In this document: piece by piece, positions 8,094 to 16,729 of the stretch
Numbering within the stretch: the stretch's first letter is position 1
Layout: every line of letters starts with the position of its first letter
Origin: Gemmatimonadota bacterium
GTDB taxonomy: Bacteria > Latescibacterota > UBA2968 > UBA8231
Assembly (NCBI GenBank): GCA_038153405.1
Contig: JAYOYH010000043.1
Span: 1-21,978 of the forward strand
Length of the DNA stretch: 21,978 nucleotides
Direction of reading: 5' to 3'
Notes under the pieces: generated by a model
Databases searched by the model: none
Told to the model about the DNA's origin: nothing
What the model saw: only the letters and a program-made list of their open reading frames with translations
Program-made: the position numbers and the translations under genes

Positions 8094-8885
8094 GTGACCC
8101 AAGTACAGACACACGATCGCCAGACCATCCCCGGAATTAAAGATATGCTCGCCGTATCGAGCGGCAAGGGGGGCGTCGGCAAATCTACCCTAAGCGCCAA
8201 CCTCGCCGTCGCTCTGGCCCAACGCGGTCTGCGCGTGGGCCTGATGGACGCCGATATCTACGGACCCAATATTCCGGGTATGCTCGGCGTCAACGAGCGC
8301 CCGCAGGCCGACCCGCAGACGGGGCGCATTCAGCCGATCGAGGCGCACGGGCTGAAGTTTCTCTCCATGGGCCTGCTCATCGAGGAGGGCGTCCCGGTCA
8401 TTTGGCGCGGTCCAATGCTAGCCAAAATGATCAACCAATTTCTCTTCAATACCGACTGGGGCGATCTCGACGTGCTCGTGCTCGACCTGCCGCCAGGCAC
8501 CGGCGACGTGCAAATCACCCTGACGCAGTCGGCGCCGCTAACCGGCGCCCTGATTGTCACAACGCCCTCGGCCATCGCCCTCGAGGACGTGCGCCGCGGC
8601 GTCGAAATGTTCCGGCAAACGGATGTACCACTGCTAGGTCTGGTCGAAAATATGAGTACCTTTAGCTGTGCAGAGTGCGGTCACCAGGCCGCGCTCTTTG
8701 GCGAAGGAGGCGGCGCGCAGACGGCCGACCAGTTGGCCATTCCCCTGCTCGGCCAGATCCCGCTCGACACCGCGCTGCGCGAGAGTGCCGACCGCGGCCA
8801 ACCGGCCGTGCGCACTCATCCCCAAGCGGCCAGTAGCCAGGCCCTGAGCGCGCTGGCCGAGCGCGTAGCCGCTCAGCTTTCCTGA
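8094..8885 (+). CDS. mrp: Mrp/NBP35 (ApbC) family Fe-S cluster carrier ATPase
   Basis: GTG start; SGKGGVGKST deviant Walker A, DADIYGP, WRGPM, DLPPGTGD, VTTP, ENMS-x2-SCAECG. Lacks the N-terminal FeS-assembly domain. Confidence 0.93.
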   Translation: MTQVQTHDRQTIPGIKDMLAVSSGKGGVGKSTLSANLAVALAQRGLRVGLMDADIYGPNIPGMLGVNERPQADPQTGRIQPIEAHGLKFLSMGLLIEEGVPVIWRGPMLAKMINQFLFNTDWGDLDVLVLDLPPGTGDVQITLTQSAPLTGALIVTTPSAIALEDVRRGVEMFRQTDVPLLGLVENMSTFSCAECGHQAALFGEGGGAQTADQLAIPLLGQIPLDTALRESADRGQPAVRTHPQAASSQALSALAERVAAQLS

Positions 8886-8892
8886 AGTATTC

Positions 8893-9672
8893 ATGCCGCC
8901 CGTCAAAGCCTACCGCAATCTAGAGTTTCTCGCCAGTCCCGACGCCCGCACGCTGCGCATTCTAGCCGAATACTTAGAGCCGGAAAGCCGCTTTGAGCGC
9001 GAAAACGTCCGCGATATCGTCGTGTTCTTTGGCTCGGCCCGCGCCCCCTCGCTCGAGGAGGCGGATAGAGCGCTCGAAAGCGCTGCCGGCCAGCAGACAT
9101 CGCCGCGCGAAATGGAGCGTCTACAGACTCGCAAGCGCCTGGCCCAGTATTACGAGGACGCCTGCGAGCTGTCGCGCTTGCTGACGAACTGGGCGCGCCG
9201 CGACGGGCAGGAGGCCTTCGTGCTGTGCTCGGGCGGCGGACCCGGCATTATGGAGGCGACCAATCGCGGCGCGCTGGAGGCCGGTGGCCGATCCATCGGA
9301 CTCAATATCAGCCTGCCCTTTGAACAGCAGCCCAATCCGTATATAACGGAGGAACTCAACTTCGAGTTCCACTACTTTTTTATGCGCAAGCTGTGGTTTG
9401 TCCATCTGGCGCGCGCCGTCGTCGTCTTTCCCGGTGGGTTCGGCACGCTCGACGAGTTGGCCGAAGTGCTGACGCTAGTGCAAACGGGCCGCGCCGCATC
9501 CATGCCCATCGTACTGTATGGCCGCGCGTTCTGGGACGAGGTGCTCAATATGGAGGCGCTGGCCCGTTGGGGCACCATCAGCGAGGACGACCTGCAGCTC
9601 TTTTACCGCGCCGACACCCCGGCGCAGGCCTTTGACTGCCTGCGCCAACAGCTGGGAGACGGAAGCCCTTGA
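8893..9672 (+). CDS. LOG family (TIGR00730-like) nucleotide phosphoribohydrolase
   Basis: VFFGSAR, SGGGPGIMEA, FHYFFMRK, PGGFGTLDE signature. Confidence 0.9.
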   Translation: MPPVKAYRNLEFLASPDARTLRILAEYLEPESRFERENVRDIVVFFGSARAPSLEEADRALESAAGQQTSPREMERLQTRKRLAQYYEDACELSRLLTNWARRDGQEAFVLCSGGGPGIMEATNRGALEAGGRSIGLNISLPFEQQPNPYITEELNFEFHYFFMRKLWFVHLARAVVVFPGGFGTLDELAEVLTLVQTGRAASMPIVLYGRAFWDEVLNMEALARWGTISEDDLQLFYRADTPAQAFDCLRQQLGDGSP

Positions 9673-10679
9673 GCCCTCTATCTATCGCCTGCGTGGGGGC
9701 CGGATACTGGGGGAAAAACCTAGTCCGCGTCTTTGACAGCCTGCCCTCGGCACACCTGACGCATATTTGCGACGCCAGCCCCGAAATACGCGCGCGCATG
9801 GAGGGTCTCTATCCCCATGCGGCCGTTACCGACGACTACGCGGCGCTATTGGACGACCCATCGATCGACGCCGTCGTGCTGGCCGTGCCGGCCAATGCCC
9901 ATTACGAAACGGCGCGCGCAGCGCTGGAAAAAGGCAAGCACGTCTATGTAGAAAAACCACTAACGCTACAGGTAGAGCACGCCGAAGCACTCTGCGCGCT
10001 GGCCGATGCGCGCGGCCTCAAGCTGATGGTCGGACATCTCTTGCTCTATCACCCCGGAGTGCAAAAGCTCCGCGAGCTGGTGCAGAGCGGCCAACTCGGC
10101 GACATTTACTACCTCTATGCACAGCGGGTCAATCTGGGCATCGTCCGGCGCGACGAAAATGCCCTGTGGAGTCTGGCGCCGCACGATATTTCTGTCGTGC
10201 TGCACCTGCTCGACGGAGAGCCCGACGCCGTCAGCGCACGCGGCGAGTGCTATTTACAGGAGGGCATCGAAGACGTCGTCTTTGCCAATTTGCACTTTGC
10301 CGACGGTAAGATGGCGCAGCTGCAGCTGTCGTGGCTCGACCCGCATAAGGTGCGCAAGCTCACGGTGGTCGGCAGCCGCAAAATGGCGGTATTTGATGAC
10401 GTGGAAAGCGCGGAGAAAATTCGCGTCTACGACAAGGCCGCCGAGCCGCGCCAGTATGCGTCCTACGGCGACTCCATCACGCTGCGCTTTGGCGACATCA
10501 CCATTCCCCACATCGACATGGCCGAGCCGCTGCGCATCGAGTGCCAGCACTTCGTAGACTGCATTGGCGAGGATAAGACGCCGCGCAGCGACGGGCGCGA
10601 TGGCCTGCGGGTCGTGCGCGTCTTGGACGCGGCGCAGCGCTCGTTGACGCAGGGCGGCGCCCCCGTTTCGCTTATTTGA
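9669..10679 (+). CDS. Gfo/Idh/MocA family oxidoreductase
   Basis: GAGYWG Rossmann motif, HVYVEKP, MVGH, SLAPHD. The TTG start overlaps the LOG stop (TTGA). Confidence 0.9.
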   Translation: MSPLSIACVGAGYWGKNLVRVFDSLPSAHLTHICDASPEIRARMEGLYPHAAVTDDYAALLDDPSIDAVVLAVPANAHYETARAALEKGKHVYVEKPLTLQVEHAEALCALADARGLKLMVGHLLLYHPGVQKLRELVQSGQLGDIYYLYAQRVNLGIVRRDENALWSLAPHDISVVLHLLDGEPDAVSARGECYLQEGIEDVVFANLHFADGKMAQLQLSWLDPHKVRKLTVVGSRKMAVFDDVESAEKIRVYDKAAEPRQYASYGDSITLRFGDITIPHIDMAEPLRIECQHFVDCIGEDKTPRSDGRDGLRVVRVLDAAQRSLTQGGAPVSLI

Positions 10680-12906
10680 CGACGCGAAACGCGCTGCGCA
10701 CCTGGCGCTCATTGCCGGCCATATCGCGCACGCGCACCGTCCACTCGTGCGCCCCCAGCGCTAGCTCTTGCGGCGGCCGTGCACGCACCGTCTTCGCTTC
10801 GGGATCGTATTCGGCGATCAACGCCTGACCATTCAGCTCAATCGCAATATCTTCTTCGCGACCAATGCCGCTGCCCGCGTCGTCGATCCGCGCGCTCAGC
10901 TGGGGTTGCCGGTCTCTTGTCTTGGCCGCCCGGCGCGGTCGCAGCCCATCGACTTCGGGTGCGATCCCGTCGCGCAGAAGCGCAAAGCGACCCAATCGAC
11001 GCAATGACGCGCCGACGGAGCCCTCTTGGCGCTCGCTGCCGACCAAGCCCCACTGCACCTCACCCATCTCTTGGTACAGCCCTACGCGCGCGTCCTGACA
11101 GGCAGTTGGCGCGCAGCGCAGCCACACGCCCACGCGCGCGTCAAACGGCACGTCTTCCGGACCGAGCGCATAGCCTTGGCCAACAGCGACCAGTCCCTCC
11201 GGCACCTGCGGCACAAAGCGCTCGGCCTGCGGAAAGACGATATCGTAAGCGCTGCGTTGGGCAACGTCCAACGCCACTTCTCGATCGGCCAACTCGATGC
11301 GCTGCGCCGCGCCCGGCCGCACGGCGACCTGGTCTAGTTCAATAGAACGCCGCCGGTCGCCTAGCGCGACTACCGCCTCGATGCGATCGCCCGGCTCTTC
11401 CCCCAGCGGCACATGCACCTCATAGGTGTGCTGGGCGATCTGCCGCGGCCACAGCACGCGTTCGCCCAACAGCACGCGCGGCTGCCGACTGAGCGCATCG
11501 CCAACGTGCAAGACCAGCTGAACCGCATCGGCGCGCGCCCGACGCGCCACCCGCATAGCAGCCAGCGCATCTGCGTCGGTAGGCGGCACCGCGCAGACGA
11601 GCGAATCCACCCCGCCCTTTGCATCGCGCACCTGCAGCTTCCACAGCCCTTTTTCCGTGCCGACATCCCAGCGCAGTAGACCAGAAGCCGCTGCCACTTG
11701 GCGCGCGCTGTGTTGCTTCCATACACCTTTTTTTTTGCGGTGGTAGAGCACGCTGTTTAGAAGGGCATCGTCGCCGTCGGCTATTTCTCCTTCAATGGCC
11801 CAGCCATCGCCCTGCGGCACCACGGCGACGGTGCGCAGACTGGGGACGTCGTTGACGGCGATGTGCAGGAGCGCACGCGCGCGGTTGCCGTTGGCATCGA
11901 CGGCAAATACTTCAACCTGGTGCACACCCTCCGATAGAAAGCCTGGGCCGGTGCCCACGGCGCTGCGCAATAGCCCATCGCCCGGACGCTGATAAAATTC
12001 AAGACGGCTGCCGGGCGGGCGAAAAAGGGCGTGGAAACGCCCCGTTCCGCCGGGATAGTCGATGGAGAGGCGATCCAACTGCACCTGATGCCCATCGGCG
12101 TAAGAGATGCGATCGTAGGATACGAGAAACGCGTCCTGACCGTCGACGCGCAGACCCAATTGGTGCGGCGCTAGCTTGTTGGCCGCCGCTTCGGCGCGGT
12201 CCCATACCAAGACCGCTACGCCAATTCGACCGCGCACCTGGACAGTATCCGACGCAGCAAAAGAACGGCTCGGTTCGTCCCAGCGCAGCGCGACGCTAAA
12301 TGGCTCGGCCCGACCGTCGACGCGGCTGTATCTCCCCAATGGCACCAGTGCCAAGCGCTTTAGCACCGGCGGCGTTGCATCGTCTATCGCATAATCGCCT
12401 AGCAGCGGATTGATTGGAATGTTGTCGCGATCGCGCAGCTCCAGGTGCAAGTGCGGCGGCCCGGCGCCGCTCTCGCCGCTGCGGGCGATGACCTCACCGC
12501 GGCGCACCGGGATCTCACCTTCCTTAAACCACAGGTCAATGCTGTAGCGCATCGATTCTTGCTGGGCGGCCCTGACGCGCTGCAGGGCCGGGCCGACAAA
12601 GGCCTCCAGATGGGCGTAGACGGCCATCCGGCCATCGGATAGGCGCTGATACACCGCGCGCCCGTAGCCCCACGGCGAGGTGCGCACGCGCTCGATATAG
12701 CCGTCGTCGATCGCCCGCACTTCGTAGCCGGTGCGCCCCCACGTTTTGATATCGATGCCGGCGTGAAAGGCCGTCGTGCGCGACTCGCCAAACGAAGACG
12801 ACAGCGCCGGCGCTATGGGCATGGGCCACGGCAGCTCACCAGGCGCTGCCGGTGCTGGCCAGCCCGCTAACAGACATCCGGCCAGCACGCATAACCACTT
12901 AGGCAT
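10672..12906 (-). CDS. Secreted M23 family metallopeptidase with C-terminal beta-rich (Ig-like) domains
   Basis: Start placed at ATG 12906 (MPKWLCVLAGCLLAGWPAPA signal peptide; 744 aa). HAGID (HxxxD), YAHL and PHLHLE (HxH) zinc motifs. 8-nt overlaps with both neighbours. Confidence 0.85.
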   Translation of the reverse strand: MPKWLCVLAGCLLAGWPAPAAPGELPWPMPIAPALSSSFGESRTTAFHAGIDIKTWGRTGYEVRAIDDGYIERVRTSPWGYGRAVYQRLSDGRMAVYAHLEAFVGPALQRVRAAQQESMRYSIDLWFKEGEIPVRRGEVIARSGESGAGPPHLHLELRDRDNIPINPLLGDYAIDDATPPVLKRLALVPLGRYSRVDGRAEPFSVALRWDEPSRSFAASDTVQVRGRIGVAVLVWDRAEAAANKLAPHQLGLRVDGQDAFLVSYDRISYADGHQVQLDRLSIDYPGGTGRFHALFRPPGSRLEFYQRPGDGLLRSAVGTGPGFLSEGVHQVEVFAVDANGNRARALLHIAVNDVPSLRTVAVVPQGDGWAIEGEIADGDDALLNSVLYHRKKKGVWKQHSARQVAAASGLLRWDVGTEKGLWKLQVRDAKGGVDSLVCAVPPTDADALAAMRVARRARADAVQLVLHVGDALSRQPRVLLGERVLWPRQIAQHTYEVHVPLGEEPGDRIEAVVALGDRRRSIELDQVAVRPGAAQRIELADREVALDVAQRSAYDIVFPQAERFVPQVPEGLVAVGQGYALGPEDVPFDARVGVWLRCAPTACQDARVGLYQEMGEVQWGLVGSERQEGSVGASLRRLGRFALLRDGIAPEVDGLRPRRAAKTRDRQPQLSARIDDAGSGIGREEDIAIELNGQALIAEYDPEAKTVRARPPQELALGAHEWTVRVRDMAGNERQVRSAFRVVK

Positions 12907-13579
12907 TCCCCGACTCGTCTTCGTAGATACAGAGCTCGATCTGGGTGCCCTGGATGCGCACGTGGTGCAGCGGCCGCTCGGTCCACGCGCCCGTATTGAG
13001 ATAGCGTTGGCCATCGCGCTCAATATCCATCGCCGCGTGCGTATGGCCACAGGTAATGGCGGCAAAGCCCCGCTCGGCTGCCGTGCGCAGCGCATTGCGC
13101 GCCACGCGCTCGTTGAGCACCCGGTAGAGCAGACCCCACTTCTTGGCGTATTCGGCCACGTGCATATCGCGCCAGCCCAGCGCCACACAGAGGTGGTGCA
13201 CGCGGCGAAATAGCCACTTAAATACGCCGTGGCGCGGCATGACATCATCGAGATCGTTGCCGTGCACGACGAGCAGCTGCCGTTCGATTGCCCATTCGTC
13301 GACGAATTCGATCGCGCCGGCATCGTCGATGTGAAAACCGGCGTCGTGGTTGCCGTAGACCCAGATTATCCGGCGCCGATGTGACTCGGCGATCAGCTGC
13401 TGCAATACCTCCTCGTGCTCTGCCGGCAGAGCGCGACGCGGGTCGTCAATGACATCGCCGTTGAGAATCAGCGTCGCCTCTTCAGGCAGCGCGCCGAGCC
13501 AGGCGCAAAAGGCGCGCTGGTGAAAGTAGGCATTCCCCAGGTGTAAATCGCTAACTATGTAGTGAAGCTCGTCCGCCAT
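12899..13579 (-). CDS. Calcineurin-like metallophosphoesterase, LpxH/LpxH2-like UDP-2,3-diacylglucosamine diphosphatase family
   Basis: SDLHLG, NGDVID, GNHD, VHG, CGHTH, YLNTGAW. AAGGA RBS. Confidence 0.85.
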   Translation of the reverse strand: MADELHYIVSDLHLGNAYFHQRAFCAWLGALPEEATLILNGDVIDDPRRALPAEHEEVLQQLIAESHRRRIIWVYGNHDAGFHIDDAGAIEFVDEWAIERQLLVVHGNDLDDVMPRHGVFKWLFRRVHHLCVALGWRDMHVAEYAKKWGLLYRVLNERVARNALRTAAERGFAAITCGHTHAAMDIERDGQRYLNTGAWTERPLHHVRIQGTQIELCIYEDESGNA

Positions 13580-13714
13580 TTCCTTGCCATAATACGCATG
13601 CCTATTGAACTTCTACGAACCATGAATAACGCAGTGATTGTCTTAGAGAGCAAAATCTTATCGCAACCAATCGACTGAATCCATCAACTTTTACGTCAAA
13701 CAAGGATTACTTGT

Positions 13715-14611
13715 ATGCTAACACACGGTACTGAGGTTCCCGAATCTCCTCATCGAGTTTTAATTCTAGGAACGGGTGGTTTCATCGGAGGCACTTGCCT
13801 AAAGCATGTACGAGAGCAGCAAGTGCCCGTCATAGGACTTACGCGGAGCGAAATCGACTTACTTAGTGAAGATGCTGCCTCGACGCTCGCCCGACACATA
13901 GAGCCTGATGATGCGTTAGTAGTCATCTCTGCACGCGCTCCTGTCAAAGATAATGATATGCTGCTAGACAACATCGCCATGATGAAAAACGTCTGCTCTG
14001 CTTTAGAGCAAAAACAGCCTAAGCATATCATCTACATCAGCTCAGACGCCGTGTATGCCGATTCCACAACGCCACTTACCGAAAACTCTTGTGCTGAACC
14101 CGGTTCGCTGCACGGCGCCATGCACCTAACCCGTGAGTTAATGCTAGCGCAAGTGGCCAAAGCACCGCTGGCCATTCTACGCCCCACTCTTGTATACGGC
14201 CTGGAGGATCCACACAATGGCTATGGCCCCAACCGCTTCCGCCGTTTAGCAGTTGCGGGTGAAGATATCGTACTGTTTGGCGAGGGCGAAGAGCGTCGCG
14301 ACCATGTTCACGTCGAAGATATAGCCGGATTAGTCTATCGCGTTTTATGTCATCAGAGTGAGGGTGTGCTGAACATTGCTACGGGTACCGTCACCTCGTT
14401 TCGCGAAATAGCCGAAATAACCGTAGACCTATTTAACAAAAAAGTCTCCGTAAAAGGTTCTCCCCGCCAAGGCCCCATGCCGCACGGTGGCTACAGACCG
14501 TTTGACAGCAGCGCAACGCAGCGCGCATTTGCAGACTTCCAGTATACAGGTTTGAAAGAAGGGCTCGCTCGTGTTCATGCACAGTGGCAGCGGCAAAATG
14601 GCGCTATATAG
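13715..14611 (+). CDS. Atypical NAD-dependent epimerase/dehydratase (SDR) with HxxxH at the catalytic YxxxK position
   Basis: GTGGFIG Rossmann motif, ISSDAVY, LRPTLVYG, GEGEERRDHVHVED. AAGGA RBS. AT-richer codons than the flanking genes. Confidence 0.88.
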   Translation: MLTHGTEVPESPHRVLILGTGGFIGGTCLKHVREQQVPVIGLTRSEIDLLSEDAASTLARHIEPDDALVVISARAPVKDNDMLLDNIAMMKNVCSALEQKQPKHIIYISSDAVYADSTTPLTENSCAEPGSLHGAMHLTRELMLAQVAKAPLAILRPTLVYGLEDPHNGYGPNRFRRLAVAGEDIVLFGEGEERRDHVHVEDIAGLVYRVLCHQSEGVLNIATGTVTSFREIAEITVDLFNKKVSVKGSPRQGPMPHGGYRPFDSSATQRAFADFQYTGLKEGLARVHAQWQRQNGAI

Positions 14612-14632
14612 TAGTTATTTACTGATCTACTG

Positions 14633-16087
14633 ATGACAGTTCAACACATTTCACCCGATCGCCTGCAGCCTCTCTTGGACCACTTGGGCCTGCTGCTACC
14701 CGACGAGAAGGAACGCCGCGCCTTTGCCGACTGCTCGCGCACCCCGCTGCCGCCGTCGCTGCGCATCAATCCGCTGATCGCCCAAGCCGAGCAGCTTCAC
14801 CCGACGCTGGCAGAGCGCGGGCATCCCGTTCCTTGGTGTTCAAACGGCTATGCGTTTCCCGCGGCTGAGACGCGCCTGAGCCACACCATCGAATACGCGG
14901 CCGGGGCCTATTATCTGCAGGCCACAGCGCCGATGCTGGCCGTCGAAACCCTCGCGCCGCAGCCGGGCGAACGCGTCCTCGACCTGTGCGCTGCCCCGGG
15001 CGGCAAAACGACTCAGCTGGCCGCCCATATGCGCAACAGCGGCCTGCTCGTCGCCAACGAAATGAGCAAAAAGCGCATCCCCGCACTAGTGGGCAACCTC
15101 GAGCGCTGCGGCGTTGGCAACGCCGTTATTACGCAGGCACAGGGCTCGATGCTGGCACGCCACTTCCACAACTTCTTCGATCGCGTCCTAGTCGACGCCC
15201 CCTGCAGCGGCGACGGTATCGTGCGCAAAGACTTAAGTATGCTGCGCTACTGGTCGCCGGACGACGCACAGCGCCAGGCGCAGACGCAAACCGGCCTGCT
15301 ACGCGCCGCCTTTCACATGCTGCGCCCCGGCGGCACGCTGGTCTATTCGACCTGCTCACTGTCCTTAGAGGAAAACGAACACGTGCTGCTCGCCCTCATT
15401 CATCGCTACGGCGAAGCGGTGGAACTGCTCCCCGTTGCCGGCCGAGCCGGTCCGCCGCTGGCCAGAGCCATTGCCGCTGACCTGCCCCCTGCACTGGGTC
15501 TGGCCGCGCGCGTTTGGCCGCACGTGCACGACAGCGAAGGTGCTTTTGTCGCCCACCTGCAAAAGCGCGCACCCACCCAGTGGCCCCAGGTCGATTCCGA
15601 CGCACACGCATGGCTGCGCGCCGAATCGGACGAAGAGCAGACACTGGACGCCTGCCGCACGCTCGAACGCCTGTGGCACTTTGCCATACCGCGCACCGCC
15701 GACCAAGTCGTGGCCGGTCGCGGACGCCACCTCGTCATGCAGCCGGCCGCCAGCGATAGTATCGAAAAGCATCTGCCCTTTTTCGTGCGCGGGGGCATGC
15801 GCTTTGGCCGGCGCCATCGGACGCACTTCTACCTGACGCAGCAGGCCGTCGCGCTGTGGGGCCATCTGGCCACCGCCCGCTACGTCGATCTAGACTGGTC
15901 GCAGGCGTGCTCCCTTTTTGCCGGCGAGCACGTAGCACTAGACGAACCGATCACCCAGCGCGGCGAAGTCATCTGTCGCTATGGAACCTGGTCGCTGTGC
16001 CGAGCCATGGTCGAAGAGGAAGGAACGCGCCTCAACGGCATGCTGCCGCGATCCTTTTACCGCAGCGAATTGCATCAACTCACATAA
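14633..16087 (+). CDS. rsmF: RsmB/NOP family RNA m5C methyltransferase, RsmF (YebU)-like
   Basis: 484 aa; GAYYLQ, DLCAAPGGKT, VANE, VDAPCSG (motif IV Cys), VYSTCS (motif VI Cys), plus a long C-terminal extension as in RsmF. Confidence 0.85.
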   Translation: MTVQHISPDRLQPLLDHLGLLLPDEKERRAFADCSRTPLPPSLRINPLIAQAEQLHPTLAERGHPVPWCSNGYAFPAAETRLSHTIEYAAGAYYLQATAPMLAVETLAPQPGERVLDLCAAPGGKTTQLAAHMRNSGLLVANEMSKKRIPALVGNLERCGVGNAVITQAQGSMLARHFHNFFDRVLVDAPCSGDGIVRKDLSMLRYWSPDDAQRQAQTQTGLLRAAFHMLRPGGTLVYSTCSLSLEENEHVLLALIHRYGEAVELLPVAGRAGPPLARAIAADLPPALGLAARVWPHVHDSEGAFVAHLQKRAPTQWPQVDSDAHAWLRAESDEEQTLDACRTLERLWHFAIPRTADQVVAGRGRHLVMQPAASDSIEKHLPFFVRGGMRFGRRHRTHFYLTQQAVALWGHLATARYVDLDWSQACSLFAGEHVALDEPITQRGEVICRYGTWSLCRAMVEEEGTRLNGMLPRSFYRSELHQLT

Positions 16088-16432
16088 GGGGAAAATACTT
16101 CCCTAAGCACAGCCGCTTTCCCGCCTGAATTTGTTCTACGGTAGCCCGTTTTTCCCTTCAGAATAGCTCCCATATTCCCCAAGGGAAGCTTTTTCTCCCT
16201 AGCCACACATTTTTTCCCACCCGTCCTCACACCCCCGCTGCGTCCCTTTCCACATCTTGTGCATACCCCGCTATCAGACCCTATATGGGGCGAGTAATCC
16301 CATGAAAAATCACATGGTATTACATAGTTTTTTTGTTTTTATTTTTTTACTTAAGATAAATAAAAATAATTATTTGCATTCTTCGTCATATTTCTCATCA
16401 CCAAGCGGGCACACCCCTTGCGATAGGACGGG

Positions 16433-16535
16433 CAGACACAATGGTCCTCTTGTCTGGGACCCGGAGGCGGTCCTCCCCTCCCCATCATCTGCCGCTCCTC
16501 GCGCAGATGGCCTCCGGGTCCTGTTTATACAGGGA
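16433..16535 (+). ncRNA. Candidate structured leader or sRNA with CU-rich loops
   Basis: CAGACA/TGTCTG stem (16433-16456). Perfect 12-bp stem GGACCCGGAGGC (16457-16468) / GCCTCCGGGTCC (16510-16521) stacked on CATCTGC/GCAGATG (16486-16509) with loop CGCTCCTCGC. Confidence 0.5.
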
Positions 16536-16547
16536 TTGGTAGAAGAT

Positions 16548-16721
16548 ATGAACCGCACGGAAACGTCCTACGCGGATCGCATGCGCCTGCTGCTGCTCTG
16601 CATACTATTGGCCAGCCTGAGCGCGCTCTTGATCGAGTTGGCGGTGCAAAACGCCCCGCTCGTCGAACAGACGAACCCTTCGGCAGACGTGGCCCAGTTG
16701 GGCAGCGCCGCCGACCAATAA
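16548..16721 (+). CDS. Small (57 aa) hydrophobic, probably single-pass membrane protein
   Basis: MNRTETSYADRMRLLLLCILLASLSALLIELAVQNAPLVEQTNPSADVAQLGSAADQ. G/C-ending host-like codons from ATG 16548 onward; AGGGA 12 nt upstream; one hydrophobic run of about 20 aa. Confidence 0.65.
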   Translation: MNRTETSYADRMRLLLLCILLASLSALLIELAVQNAPLVEQTNPSADVAQLGSAADQ

Positions 16722-16729
16722 GACCAAAA

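Noticed and set aside
8893..9672. LOG protein as a substitute for the missing MqnB
   Set aside because: LOG enzymes act on nucleoside 5'-monophosphates, and this gene is in a separate operon with no link to the mqn genes.
12907..13323. 139-aa N-terminal extension of the M23 ORF (883 aa in the track)
   Set aside because: It overlaps the metallophosphoesterase in another frame. A signal peptide begins at ATG 12906.
16088..16395. Replication origin
   Set aside because: An AT-rich block is present but there are no convincing TTATCCACA DnaA boxes and no dnaA-type gene context.
16400..16545. c-di-GMP-I riboswitch (GCCTCCGG resemblance)
   Set aside because: The GGCAAA..GAAA..GGACGCAAA and GGTTACC elements are missing.
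16257..16547. N-terminal part of the 154-aa ORF
   Set aside because: It runs through the AT-rich tract and RNA stems with non-host codons. ATG 16548 is the better start.
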